Below are positions 17,257-26,574 of a stretch of DNA of 62,807 bases, one piece after another; position 1 is the stretch's first letter, and each line of letters opens with the position of its first letter. The stretch is from positions 1-62,807 of the forward strand of contig CAYHBS010000005.1 of NCBI GenBank assembly GCA_964354975.1, read 5' to 3'. The notes below the pieces were generated by a model, which saw only the letters and a program-made list of their open reading frames with translations, did not search any database and had not been told where the DNA came from. The translations under genes were made by a program, and so were the position numbers. The stretch is from an uncultured Candidatus Saccharibacteria bacterium (lineage in GTDB: Bacteria; Patescibacteriota; Minisyncoccia; Ryanbacterales; HO2-45-13).

Positions 17257-18027
17257 CTACTTGCTTTCCATAAGCAACGCGCACGCAGCGGCTGCGTGAT
17301 CTACCGTGAGACGCGCATTCACCGTAGTATATTCGAGGTCGTGGATAGCTGTCGCAAGCGCCAGGAGACACGCGCGCCTCGCCGATAGTGACGTGGTTGC
17401 TATTTCTTGTTTTTTTACCATCTTGGTAAATGATCCATGCACATGGTGTAGCGTCGCGGTCAGCACGCGGACCAGTGCCGCCCGGTCATCTCCATGTTCT
17501 TTGGCGAGTACGGACGCTTCGGTAAATCCATGAAATCGTGCACTTGTGGGAGGAATTTCGCCCCCGGGAAGTGTGAGTACCGCGGACCGAGAGCGAATAG
17601 TGGGGAGCACAAATGCGGCGCGCGTCGCGGTAAGAATAAATTTAAGACTCATAGATGGTTCTTCAAGTCGCTTGAGAAGCACCACCGCCGCCTCTCTCGT
17701 GATACGATCGATTTGCCGAATGCGAAGTACTCGGATATGCGCGGCACTCGTGAGTGCGCTTGTTTCTAATATTTTGATTATTTGTTCTCGATAAATATGA
17801 GGTCCTTCTGGAATCACGTCTTCCACATACAGCGCGCGCATCGCGCGGTATCCGTTACATCCCTCGCACGTTCCACACGCTTCTTCATGATCCTTGAAGC
17901 AAAACAGCGCGGCGGTGATATCCTCCATGAGCGCGGCGCGGGCCTGCTCGGAGCCACCGACAATGAGGAGCGAGTGATTTTTTTTAAAATTTGAAACGCC
18001 CGTCGTCACGTACGTCTGGGTGGACAT
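17257..18027 (-). CDS. holB: DNA polymerase III delta-prime-like clamp-loader subunit
   Basis: Cys module CGTCEGCNGY. Clamp-loader box VLRIRQIDRITREAAVVLLKRLEEP and TIRSRS (SRC-like). Confidence 0.7.
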   Translation of the reverse strand: MSTQTYVTTGVSNFKKNHSLLIVGGSEQARAALMEDITAALFCFKDHEEACGTCEGCNGYRAMRALYVEDVIPEGPHIYREQIIKILETSALTSAAHIRVLRIRQIDRITREAAVVLLKRLEEPSMSLKFILTATRAAFVLPTIRSRSAVLTLPGGEIPPTSARFHGFTEASVLAKEHGDDRAALVRVLTATLHHVHGSFTKMVKKQEIATTSLSARRACLLALATAIHDLEYTTVNARLTVDHAAAACALLMESK

Positions 18028-18028
18028 A

Positions 18029-19039
18029 TTATCTCTTCATCATCACACTTGCTTTGTATGTGTCCAAATGCTCCAGCGCGGTACCCGTGCCTTTTGCAAC
18101 ACAAAAGAGCGCATCGTTTGCAACGCGTGCCGGTACTCCCGTGGAGCGATGCACCAGTTCATCAATGTTGCGAAGGAGCGACCCGCCACCGGTCATCACA
18201 ATTCCATCTGACATGATATCTGCGGCAAGTTCGGGGGGGGCGTCTTGAAGCGTCATTTTTATGGAACGGAGCATTCCTTCGAGACTCCCCCGAATTGCCT
18301 CCACTACTTGGTTGGTGGAAATTTCAGTGGTGCGGGGTAGACCGGTAAGAAAATCGCGGCCCTTGATGGTACAAGTGAGCTCGTGTTCCACTGGAACGGC
18401 TGAACCAATTGATATTTTTATTTCCTCTGCAGTGCGTTCCCCAATCGCTAGGTTGAGTTTTTCCTTAATATAGTCTGCGATTGCCTGATCAATTTTATTT
18501 CCCGCGATTTTAACAGAGTTTGCGCTGACGATTCCTCCAAGCGCAATGATAGCGGAATCGGTGGTACCCCCTCCAATATCGACAACCATGTTGCCATGTG
18601 CTTCATAAATTGGGAGTCCCGCGCCGATAGCGGCAAGAATTGGTTCTTTAATGACATACGCATTGCGAGCCCCTGCCCGAAGCGCCGCCTCAATCACGGC
18701 GCGCCGCTCGGTAGATGTGACGCCGGCGGGAACAGAAATCATCACGTCAGGGCGCAAGAATCGCATGCGACCGAGCGCCTTTTGAATAAAATAGCGGAGC
18801 ATTGCTTCGGTGACCCGATAATCCGCAATAACGCCATCGCGGAGTGGCCGGTGCGCAATGATCGTTTCCGGCGTGCGTCCGATCATAACTTTCGCTTCTT
18901 CTCCAACTGCGAGTACTTTTTTTGTTTCTGTTGAGATTGCAACAACCGAAGGTTCATTCAAAATAACCCCTTTGTGCGGCACAAATACAAGTGTATTTGC
19001 GGTACCGAGATCGATGCCAAGTTTCCGAATGATTGCCAT
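18029..19039 (-). CDS. mreB: second MreB/Mbl-family actin homolog
   Basis: From ATG 19039: MAIIRKLGIDLGTANTLVFV.., VVDIGGGTTDSAIIALGG, VMTGGGSLLRNID. The tracked 18-aa extension was trimmed. Confidence 0.9.
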   Translation of the reverse strand: MAIIRKLGIDLGTANTLVFVPHKGVILNEPSVVAISTETKKVLAVGEEAKVMIGRTPETIIAHRPLRDGVIADYRVTEAMLRYFIQKALGRMRFLRPDVMISVPAGVTSTERRAVIEAALRAGARNAYVIKEPILAAIGAGLPIYEAHGNMVVDIGGGTTDSAIIALGGIVSANSVKIAGNKIDQAIADYIKEKLNLAIGERTAEEIKISIGSAVPVEHELTCTIKGRDFLTGLPRTTEISTNQVVEAIRGSLEGMLRSIKMTLQDAPPELAADIMSDGIVMTGGGSLLRNIDELVHRSTGVPARVANDALFCVAKGTGTALEHLDTYKASVMMKR

Positions 19040-19108
19040 ACTATTGAGGACAACTATACCACAGAAGTTCCCGCACGAGTAGATTCTTCGCACTCACCCC
19101 TTTGGGTG

Positions 19109-19114
19109 TAGAAT
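19109..19114 (+). promoter_or_regulatory. -10 box TAGAAT placed 6 nt before ATG (leaderless layout)
   Basis: TAGAAT-acgcgt-ATG(19121), with no SD. The same geometry recurs at six other gene starts. Confidence 0.4.
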
Positions 19115-19120
19115 ACGCGT

Positions 19121-20029
19121 ATGCGACCCTACACACGCAAATTCTTCTTTTGGATTGCCTATATTTTTATTCTCATTATTGCTACGGTGACTTTGCTCTA
19201 TTCGTTCGGCTATAGGTACGCAAACGGAAATATTGTCCTCACTGGTGGACTCTTTATTTACGCAACACCGTCCTCGGACGTGGCAATATATTTGGATAAT
19301 ACGTATATTGAAACATCCTCAATTATCAATCGCACAACCTTCATTCAATCCCTCACGCCCGGAACGTACACGATACGCGCAGAACACTCTGGATTTCAAA
19401 CGTGGCAAAAAACTCTTGATGTCTCACCGGAACTTGTCACCGAAGTACGTCCCGTACTGGTGCACGACACACCGAGTCTAGATATTCTTATCCGTGGAGA
19501 ATTTACCGACATGCAGCCATGGAACACAACGGCAATCGCGCTCACAAAAAAAGGCAACATTACACAATATTTTAATGTCAACACCGGAGAATTTGTCGCA
19601 TCCGCATTGGTGGCGGCGTCATCCACACCGATTGTGATTGATGAGGAACTGAAAACGCTCATTACGTTCACCACAAAAGCAGTTGTAGTGGTAGATGCAC
19701 AACAGCAGAATTTTGCGTGGTTTGAAAATGGTGTCGTATTTGTGTCTCGAGATCCACGTGCGCCAATACCGTTTTACGGCAGTCAGCGCACGGAGAGCGT
19801 GTACACACCGCGGTACCGAGTTGATCAAATAGCGTTTTATCCACGCCGCGACGCCCTCATCATTACTGAAGGATATCAAATCGTCATTATTGAGCTCGAC
19901 GGACGAGGAGGACATATCGTCACCCCTCTCTATAAAGGAAAAGATCCGAAGATTGTGATTCCGGATCCTGCACGGCGGGATATGTATATTTTTGATGATG
20001 GTGCGCTCATTCACTTAGAACTCAACTAG
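19121..20029 (+). CDS. membrane-anchored PEGA-domain-like protein
   Basis: N-terminal TM (FFFWIAYIFILIIATVTLLY), then a beta-rich segment with a PEGA-like signature (LTPGTYTIRAEHSGFQTWQKTLDV). Confidence 0.5.
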   Translation: MRPYTRKFFFWIAYIFILIIATVTLLYSFGYRYANGNIVLTGGLFIYATPSSDVAIYLDNTYIETSSIINRTTFIQSLTPGTYTIRAEHSGFQTWQKTLDVSPELVTEVRPVLVHDTPSLDILIRGEFTDMQPWNTTAIALTKKGNITQYFNVNTGEFVASALVAASSTPIVIDEELKTLITFTTKAVVVVDAQQQNFAWFENGVVFVSRDPRAPIPFYGSQRTESVYTPRYRVDQIAFYPRRDALIITEGYQIVIIELDGRGGHIVTPLYKGKDPKIVIPDPARRDMYIFDDGALIHLELN

Positions 20030-21329
20030 CGCGTAATGCATTAACAACGCGCCATTGTTCCCCCGCACCAAGCGCCACAATCACGCTCGGTGTTTTTTCT
20101 TCCGAGCGAATAATTGAAACCGCTTCTTCGATACTACGTACTTCCCGCACGTTCGAGTGATTACGCGCAATAGCTCGTGTGAGTTCAGACGTAGTGATAA
20201 CCGTAGACACCTCTCGCGCCGACGCGAAGATGGGCAGCACAATAACAGCGTTGGCGTCGCGAAATGCGCGCGCGAATTCGTAGAGAAATGTACGTGTGCG
20301 CGTATAGGTATGCGCTTGGAATACGGCCGTAATGTGACGCTGTGGGTAGCGTGCGCGCAGGGCGGACAGCGTTGCAACAACTTCTGACGGATGGTGCGCA
20401 AAATCGTCCATCAGCACTCTCTCTGCCTCTGGATCGGAATAATATTCCATGCGCCGCTTTGTTCCCTGAAACCGAGAGAGCGACTTTTTTGCGAGTGTTT
20501 CATCAAGACCGAGCGCGGTAGCAACCGCCAGTGCAGCGCCCGCATTCATTGCATTATGGGCACCGAGCACATGCAGCGGAACATCGATGGACTCGTACTC
20601 CATAACAGTAGCTTTCGTCATCGCAATTGCATCTTTCAACATTCGCGCCGCATCGGGAGATATTACCAATGTCGCGTCCGACGATAAACCCTTTATAAAT
20701 GTCTCAAACATATCAATATACTCCGCCGCGTTATGGAAAAAATCCGGATGATCCCACTCCACATTCGTGATCACAGCAATGTACGCGCGATATGAAAGAA
20801 TTTTTTTCTGATATTCATCGCCCTCCACTACCATGAGATCAGACGCACCGTGTCGTGCTGTACGATGCCACGCGCTCACCATTCCTCCAATAATTGCGGT
20901 GGGGTCCTTCCCTGCATCTACCAGCATCGTCGCAATCATCGCGCTTGTTGTTGTCTTTCCATGCGAGCCCGTCACGACAATACTGCGGTGATCATTCACC
21001 ATGCGCGCAAGCGCTTCGGTGTACGTTTCAGTTGGAATCTGCAATTCACGCGCGCGGGCAATTTCTTCGTGATCATCATTGTACGCAGTCGAATGAATGA
21101 CGAGAGAAATGTCTTTTGTAATATTATGTACCGAGAATGGAAGCGCGGTAAGTCCAAGGTCGGTAAGCACCGAGTCGGTTACGAACGTATCTGCAACGTC
21201 ACTTCCCGTGATGATCGCTCCCATATCATAGAGCACGGTGGCAAGCCCAAGAACGCCAGTACCTTTAATTCCAACGAAGTGAATGTGTTTTCTGTGGTAT
21301 TCGCCCGCACGTAGCTGATCTTGTACCAT
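20022..21329 (-). CDS. murC: UDP-N-acetylmuramate--L-alanine ligase
   Basis: HFVGIKGTGVLGLA, VTGSHGKTTTSAM, DEYQKK.. and AHHPSE motifs. Start is ambiguous (21329, 21347 or 21371). The 3' end overlaps the convergent PEGA gene by 8 nt. Confidence 0.88.
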   Translation of the reverse strand: MVQDQLRAGEYHRKHIHFVGIKGTGVLGLATVLYDMGAIITGSDVADTFVTDSVLTDLGLTALPFSVHNITKDISLVIHSTAYNDDHEEIARARELQIPTETYTEALARMVNDHRSIVVTGSHGKTTTSAMIATMLVDAGKDPTAIIGGMVSAWHRTARHGASDLMVVEGDEYQKKILSYRAYIAVITNVEWDHPDFFHNAAEYIDMFETFIKGLSSDATLVISPDAARMLKDAIAMTKATVMEYESIDVPLHVLGAHNAMNAGAALAVATALGLDETLAKKSLSRFQGTKRRMEYYSDPEAERVLMDDFAHHPSEVVATLSALRARYPQRHITAVFQAHTYTRTRTFLYEFARAFRDANAVIVLPIFASAREVSTVITTSELTRAIARNHSNVREVRSIEEAVSIIRSEEKTPSVIVALGAGEQWRVVNALRAS

Positions 21330-21336
21330 ACGCAAT

Positions 21337-23166
21337 GTGTATATCATAACTGCCCTACCCCTGAAAGTCATTTACCCGGCACATACCGAAGTGCCGCTCA
21401 CGTATTTTTCCCGTACTCGCCCGGAGTTTGGTGCGATTATTCATATTCCTATTCGAAAAAAAATTGTGCGCGGTATTGTCGTTTCGGCGCGTCCCGCAAC
21501 ATCTGCAAAACTATCGCTGAAAACTGCGTCCTTTATTCCAAAAAAAATTGACGTCGCAGATGATGCGTTTGTCCTCCCTGCCTCACTATTTGCGGCCGCC
21601 ACCAACACTGCGCGTTACTACCTACAACAGCGCGGAGCGGTACTTGGTACCATACTTCTTGCTTCTTTGCTACCACCGCGCACACAGAAAGCGAATGAAG
21701 TGCCTGCCGGAACTTATAGAGAAATATTTTCGGTTGGAAATGCTGATGCACGCGTACGCGCGTATCAAGATGTACTTGCGCGCGCTACAGGGAGCGTGTG
21801 GATACTTTGCCCCACCACCGCGCGCGCCAAGTATCTCGCACTGTCGCTGGCAAGCGCGCGTCCGATACTCATACATAGCGGCAAAGGAAAAAAACAGCTG
21901 CGTGCGGACTATCAAACGTCACTGGAGTCTCGCGCGGTGGTGATTGCCACCGCATCTGCTCTTGGGTATATCACGAATCGCGTTTCCGACATTATTATTG
22001 AAGACGCGGCGAATATGCATTGGGTACGTACGGAACGACCGCATATTGATACGCGGATCCTGATACGACACGTCGCACGCGCCCAGCAATGCATACTCCA
22101 TTGGAACGCCGCGCACTCTTCACTCGCGCTCCCGACTGATCTCCCCCCAAAAAAAGTACTCACCTTTTCAGACACAGCAACCGTGCATATGGTAGATATG
22201 AAAAAAGAAACCGAAGAGAAGAAGCGCTGGACGATACTTTCAGATGCACTCACGGACACGCTCGCGCGTCTCGAGGGGTCGGCCATACTCTACGTCAGCA
22301 GAAAAGGATATGCACCCACTCTGATGTGTGGTGACTGCGGGACGGTAGTGAGATGTGCATCGTGCGCACATGTCATGGCGCTGAAAATCTCCGGCGAACG
22401 CTTTCTTTCGTGCCCGCACTGCAAAACAACACAGCACCCTGAAATACGTTGCGCACAGTGTGACAGCTGGAATATCATTGGCTACGGTGTTGGCGTAGAG
22501 CGTGTATATGAAATGCTCAACGCGTTATTTCCCGAACGACCACTCATACGCTTCGATAGGGATGCAATCACGTCCGCGCGCAAGGCAGTACATGCGGTGC
22601 AAGAATTTCAATCTGCCACGCGACCAATCCTGATCGGCACTGATCTGATTAACGAACATCCGTCGCTCCACGCGCAATTTGCGTGCGTTGTTCATGTGGA
22701 CAATATGTTTACGTACGCCGACTATATGGTTCCGGAGCGCATCTGGTCCACTATTACAAACATAAGAGAGCGAAGTACACAACTGATGATTCAGACGCAC
22801 ATTCCAGATGATCGCATCTGGCAACATTTTATTGGTGGAACTGAAGATATATTTTTTTCAGATGAGCGACGTGGCCGTGAAATAGCATCACTCCCTCCAT
22901 TCACCAATTTACTCCGCGTGACTCCTCCTATGCCAAGTGAGCGCGCACATCGCATTGTGAGTCGCTTTATCGAAATTTGCACTCAACAGGGTGTACCTGC
23001 GGTTATTACGGATACTCATCTCGCACCCGACGAAAAACGAAGGGCTGTTTGGGATATTCAATTTCCTGCCGACGCATGGGAGAAACACGCAGACGCCATT
23101 GCACCAATCGTAGATAAATTTCCTCCAGACTGGACGCTTGTCATGAACCCACAACGCGACCTATGA
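21337..23166 (+). CDS. priA: PriA-like primosomal protein N' with degenerate ATPase/helicase motifs
   Basis: PriA-type N-terminal 3'-DNA-binding region and four CxxC pairs (CGDCG..CASCA..CPHCK..CAQCD). The Walker A position reads SVGNADAR, the DEEH position reads IEDAAN, and the QxxGRxGR position reads TNIRERST. Start is GTG. Confidence 0.72.
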   Translation: MYIITALPLKVIYPAHTEVPLTYFSRTRPEFGAIIHIPIRKKIVRGIVVSARPATSAKLSLKTASFIPKKIDVADDAFVLPASLFAAATNTARYYLQQRGAVLGTILLASLLPPRTQKANEVPAGTYREIFSVGNADARVRAYQDVLARATGSVWILCPTTARAKYLALSLASARPILIHSGKGKKQLRADYQTSLESRAVVIATASALGYITNRVSDIIIEDAANMHWVRTERPHIDTRILIRHVARAQQCILHWNAAHSSLALPTDLPPKKVLTFSDTATVHMVDMKKETEEKKRWTILSDALTDTLARLEGSAILYVSRKGYAPTLMCGDCGTVVRCASCAHVMALKISGERFLSCPHCKTTQHPEIRCAQCDSWNIIGYGVGVERVYEMLNALFPERPLIRFDRDAITSARKAVHAVQEFQSATRPILIGTDLINEHPSLHAQFACVVHVDNMFTYADYMVPERIWSTITNIRERSTQLMIQTHIPDDRIWQHFIGGTEDIFFSDERRGREIASLPPFTNLLRVTPPMPSERAHRIVSRFIEICTQQGVPAVITDTHLAPDEKRRAVWDIQFPADAWEKHADAIAPIVDKFPPDWTLVMNPQRDL

Positions 23167-23173
23167 TGGAAGA

Positions 23174-23704
23174 GTGAGTTCCACAATTATCACCACAAAA
23201 ACACATACCACCATCCTTCGTGCAATCGCGAAGGAGATCGCTATCTCCGAAATACCCACCGAGCACATTCAGAATGTTATCCGTCAAATGTCAGAAGCAC
23301 TCCGAGCTACAAAAGATGGTGTGGGTATCGCCGCTCCGCAGATCGGCAAGTCGCTGCGGATTTTTATTGCGTCTGAAGAAGCATTATTTGATGATGAGGA
23401 TCGCCCAGAGGATAGAACGAAAAAAGATTGGAAACATTTCATCTATATTAATCCCGTGATTACCAATTCTTCAAAGAAAGTTCAAAAAGGACCAGAAGGG
23501 TGCTTGTCGGTACCAGGTATATACGGAGAGGTAAAGCGTTCCATGAAGGTGCGAGTCCGCGCATATGACGAACACGGTCACGTGTTTGAACGAGGTGCGT
23601 CGGGTCTATTTGCGCGCCTCATGCAGCACGAGGTAGATCACCTCAACGGCACACTATTTATTGATCACGCAACGCACATTACTGAAAGAGCACATGAGCA
23701 CTAA
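23174..23704 (+). CDS. def: peptide deformylase
   Basis: GIAAPQIG, EGCLSVPG, HEVDHLNG. GTG start. Confidence 0.93.
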   Translation: MSSTIITTKTHTTILRAIAKEIAISEIPTEHIQNVIRQMSEALRATKDGVGIAAPQIGKSLRIFIASEEALFDDEDRPEDRTKKDWKHFIYINPVITNSSKKVQKGPEGCLSVPGIYGEVKRSMKVRVRAYDEHGHVFERGASGLFARLMQHEVDHLNGTLFIDHATHITERAHEH

Positions 23705-24638
23705 CATTCCATTTGTTTTTTTTGGAACACCTGATTTTTCTGTCATTATCCTGGAAGAATTGTTCCGCGTTGGACTTGTTCCTACGCTCGTTGTAACCGC
23801 TCCTGACGCGGCACGTGGGCGTGGCATGGAAGTGCTCCCATCGCCAGTTCGCGTGTGGGCCCAAAAGCGCGGTATCTCTACTATCACGCCGTCATCGCTC
23901 AAGGATACGGAGACACAGAACGCGCTGTCCGCAACACACGCAGATGTGTTCGTGATTGCCGCGTATGGATATATATTACCGAAACACATACTCGATATCC
24001 CGCCGCGCGGCGTATTAAATATTCATCCTTCCCTCCTCCCACAATATCGCGGAGCAACCCCCATTCAAGGAGCACTCCTTGCGGGAGAAACACATACCGG
24101 TGTAACTGTGATGCTCACGGATACAGACATGGATCATGGACCAATTATTGCGCAGCGCGGCGTGCCAATTACACCAGTTGATGATGCCGCAACACTCACC
24201 GATGCGCTTGCACACCTCGGGGGCACACTTGCCGCTGAAGTGCTTCTAAAATGGGTACGCGGAGAAATCACAGCCACACCGCAAGAGCATACAAAGGCAA
24301 CATTTACTGCACCACTCACCAAAAGTGATGGACGGATTGACTGGAACACCACCATTGCGCAGTTTCTGCGGACACTCCGCGCGTATCACACATGGCCAAC
24401 GTTTTGGTGTGAAATACCTTCAAAAAAAGGAACCGTGCGTGTGCGTATTCTCTCCGCGCATGCAGTGAGTGCCGGCGCCTCCCGCCCCGCAGGCACCCTT
24501 ATTTCATATCAAAACAAACCCTGCGTTGCACTCGCAGATGGTTGGATTCTCCTGGATACTATTCGTATTGCCGGAAAAAATGATGCGGATAGTGTCGCAC
24601 TATGGAGCATCACCACGCCCGATACAATGTTGCTCTAA
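23694..24638 (+). CDS. fmt: methionyl-tRNA formyltransferase
   Basis: From ATG 23694: MSTNIPFVFFGTPDFSV.., NIHPSLLPQYRGATPIQ, C-terminal beta-barrel domain. Overlaps def by 11 nt. Confidence 0.92.
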   Translation: MSTNIPFVFFGTPDFSVIILEELFRVGLVPTLVVTAPDAARGRGMEVLPSPVRVWAQKRGISTITPSSLKDTETQNALSATHADVFVIAAYGYILPKHILDIPPRGVLNIHPSLLPQYRGATPIQGALLAGETHTGVTVMLTDTDMDHGPIIAQRGVPITPVDDAATLTDALAHLGGTLAAEVLLKWVRGEITATPQEHTKATFTAPLTKSDGRIDWNTTIAQFLRTLRAYHTWPTFWCEIPSKKGTVRVRILSAHAVSAGASRPAGTLISYQNKPCVALADGWILLDTIRIAGKNDADSVALWSITTPDTMLL

Positions 24639-24640
24639 CG

Positions 24641-25822
24641 CTACTTCGTGATTCGTGCAAAAAATCTCTTTCCCTTTTGAATAAGTGCCCCATTTGGTAC
24701 TTCCATCTCCGGATCTGTGACCATGACATCATTTATTTTAACTCCTTGTTGCTCAATCAAACGGCGCGCTTCACTTTTACTTGCAGCAAATTTAATTTCA
24801 ACGAGCACTGAAGAAATCGCGCGCGCACCAACAATAGTGAATACAACAATCTCTTCTGGTTTTTCTTTTTCGGAAAACACGCGCACAAACTCGCTTGCCG
24901 CTTTGTCTGCCGCTGGGGCGCCGTGTATGAGCGCGGTGACCGCATGTGCCATCTTCATTTTGATGTCGCGCGGCCCTTCAGAACCGTCCACGAGCGCTTC
25001 TTGATACATGCGCACTGTTGCCGTAGGTACCCGAGTCACTGCATACAGATACTGAACGATATGTTCGTCATGTACGCGCATCAACTTTCCAAACATATCA
25101 TTTGGTTCGTCAAGCACATTAATCGTATTCCCTTTTGATTTACTCATTTTTGTCCCATCGGTACTCGGAAGTAAATCAAGGAGTAATACTCCTTGTGGCC
25201 TCTGTTTGTAATGCTCTTGAAGGGTCCTGCCCGCAAGAATATTAAATTTTTGATCGGTAGCTCCCAGCTCCAATCCCGCCCCAATCATCACTGAATCATA
25301 TCCCTGCATCAATGGGTACATCAGTTCTCGGAGTGAAATGCGCTTCCCTGCGTCCAACCTCCGTTTGATGTTGACGCGCTCTGTGAACTGGTGGAGCGAA
25401 AACACGTTCGCTTGCGCGAGAATTTCACGATACGACAATTTTTTTAGCCAGCGAGAGTTGTAATGAATCTTCGCTTTTCGCGAAACAAGTATTTTACCGG
25501 CCTGGAGTAAATATGACTTCAGATTTGCTTTGACTTCTCTGGTAGATAACATTGGACGCTCGCTCTCTTTATCACTCGTATCCCCTATTTCTGCCGTGAA
25601 ATCGCCAATGACAAAATGTACTTTGCATCCCAGCTCCTGTGCGTCGCGCAGTTTGAGTAGCACCGCAGCGTGTCCGAGGTGTAAATGAGGCGATGTGGGA
25701 TCAATTCCAAGCTTTACGATGATCGCCTCCCCCGCTTTCAATTGTTTGGCAAGATGCTCACCTCCAATAACCTCTGCGACGCCTCGCGTGAGAAAATCTG
25801 TAATCTGTGCCTCGGTTGTCAT
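24641..25822 (-). CDS. tyrS: tyrosine--tRNA ligase with C-terminal S4 domain
   Basis: HLHLGH (HIGH) and KMSKS motifs, S4-like C-terminus (SKSEARRLIEQQGVKIND). Start reset to ATG 25822 (MTTEAQITDFLTRG) because TATGAT-N6 precedes it. The tracked start is 25906. Confidence 0.9.
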   Translation of the reverse strand: MTTEAQITDFLTRGVAEVIGGEHLAKQLKAGEAIIVKLGIDPTSPHLHLGHAAVLLKLRDAQELGCKVHFVIGDFTAEIGDTSDKESERPMLSTREVKANLKSYLLQAGKILVSRKAKIHYNSRWLKKLSYREILAQANVFSLHQFTERVNIKRRLDAGKRISLRELMYPLMQGYDSVMIGAGLELGATDQKFNILAGRTLQEHYKQRPQGVLLLDLLPSTDGTKMSKSKGNTINVLDEPNDMFGKLMRVHDEHIVQYLYAVTRVPTATVRMYQEALVDGSEGPRDIKMKMAHAVTALIHGAPAADKAASEFVRVFSEKEKPEEIVVFTIVGARAISSVLVEIKFAASKSEARRLIEQQGVKINDVMVTDPEMEVPNGALIQKGKRFFARITK

Positions 25823-25828
25823 GAAAAT

Positions 25829-25834
25829 ATCATA
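25829..25834 (-). promoter_or_regulatory. -10 box TATGAT placed 6 nt before the tyrS ATG (leaderless layout)
   Basis: Minus strand reads TATGAT-ATTTTC-ATG(25822). Confidence 0.4.
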
Positions 25835-25919
25835 CTTGGTTTGTGCGCGACTGTCACTCATTGACGCCACACGCCCATTGCGTACACTGATAGTCAGTCT
25901 GCACATACCGGAGTGGCAT

Positions 25920-26231
25920 ATGAAAGAAAAACCTTCGCACCCGACCGTTCAAGACGTTGCAAATCTGCAAACGGACTTTGCTCTCTGGGTGGATCGCATC
26001 AATCCTCCGGAAAAGTATCAAAAAGGATTTAGACATATATTGCGGAGCCTGTGGACCATTATGGGAAGCGAGTACGGGTACTCACCAAATGAACTTCGCG
26101 AGCTCATTCCAGATACACCACTACCGCCCCGATCTACAAAAGCATTTATGCTGCTTTGGAGCTACTACCATTCCGACTGGTTTAAAAGCCCCCCACCTCC
26201 GCGACTGCTTAGCAACGAGGATGATGAGTGA
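25920..26231 (+). CDS. hypothetical protein (103 aa)
   Basis: ATG 25920 is preceded by GGAG at 7 nt. Translation MKEKPSHPTVQDVANLQTDFALWVDR... A strong terminator follows directly. Confidence 0.5.
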   Translation: MKEKPSHPTVQDVANLQTDFALWVDRINPPEKYQKGFRHILRSLWTIMGSEYGYSPNELRELIPDTPLPPRSTKAFMLLWSYYHSDWFKSPPPPRLLSNEDDE

Positions 26232-26240
26232 TAAAAAAGT

Positions 26241-26274
26241 GGCCACGCGCATGCGCGTGGCCGTTCTTTTTTTT
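26241..26274. terminator. bidirectional intrinsic terminator
   Basis: 22-nt perfect palindrome GGCCACGCGCATGCGCGTGGCC, flanked by A6 upstream and T-rich GTTCTTTTTTTT downstream. Lies between convergent genes. Confidence 0.8.
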
Positions 26275-26527
26275 AGATTCGTGCTGGTAGAACCGGAAGT
26301 AGTGGCCTTCTTCTCTGCTCGTTTCCGCAGAGTGGGCATACGATCTTACATCCTTCCACCACACACGCACAGGGTGGCTCTTCATATGTGCATATGCGCC
26401 TGTCCGCACACCGATGGCGTGCCATGTGCTCTGCAATACCGGCCGCATCGCGAGTCGAGACCAGTATGCATGTCACCGACAGCTTCTTGCAACTCGGACA
26501 CACCAGCTTACTTTGTTTACTCCCCAT
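26273..26527 (-). CDS. cysteine-rich small protein (84 aa)
   Basis: SD GGTGGAGGT lies 4 nt before ATG 26527. Contains CPSC near the N-terminus and CPLCG near the C-terminus plus 6 further Cys. Ends at the palindromic terminator. Confidence 0.5.
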   Translation of the reverse strand: MGSKQSKLVCPSCKKLSVTCILVSTRDAAGIAEHMARHRCADRRICTYEEPPCACVVEGCKIVCPLCGNEQRRRPLLPVLPARI

Positions 26528-26574
26528 AGGACCTCCACCGCGCAGTGTACAAGAGTTGAGTGGTACGTCAATTG

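Noticed and set aside
16667-17371. N-terminal extensions of tracked ORFs (frr 17371, mreB2 19093, FN3 protein 40480, pseudopilins 30792, 30206 and 34022, ybaB 48908, RRM 37099, tyrS 25906)
   Set aside because: In each case the extension overlaps the upstream gene or a terminator and has an odd composition. A conserved-looking N-terminus begins at an internal ATG, so I trimmed the starts rather than treating these as fusions.
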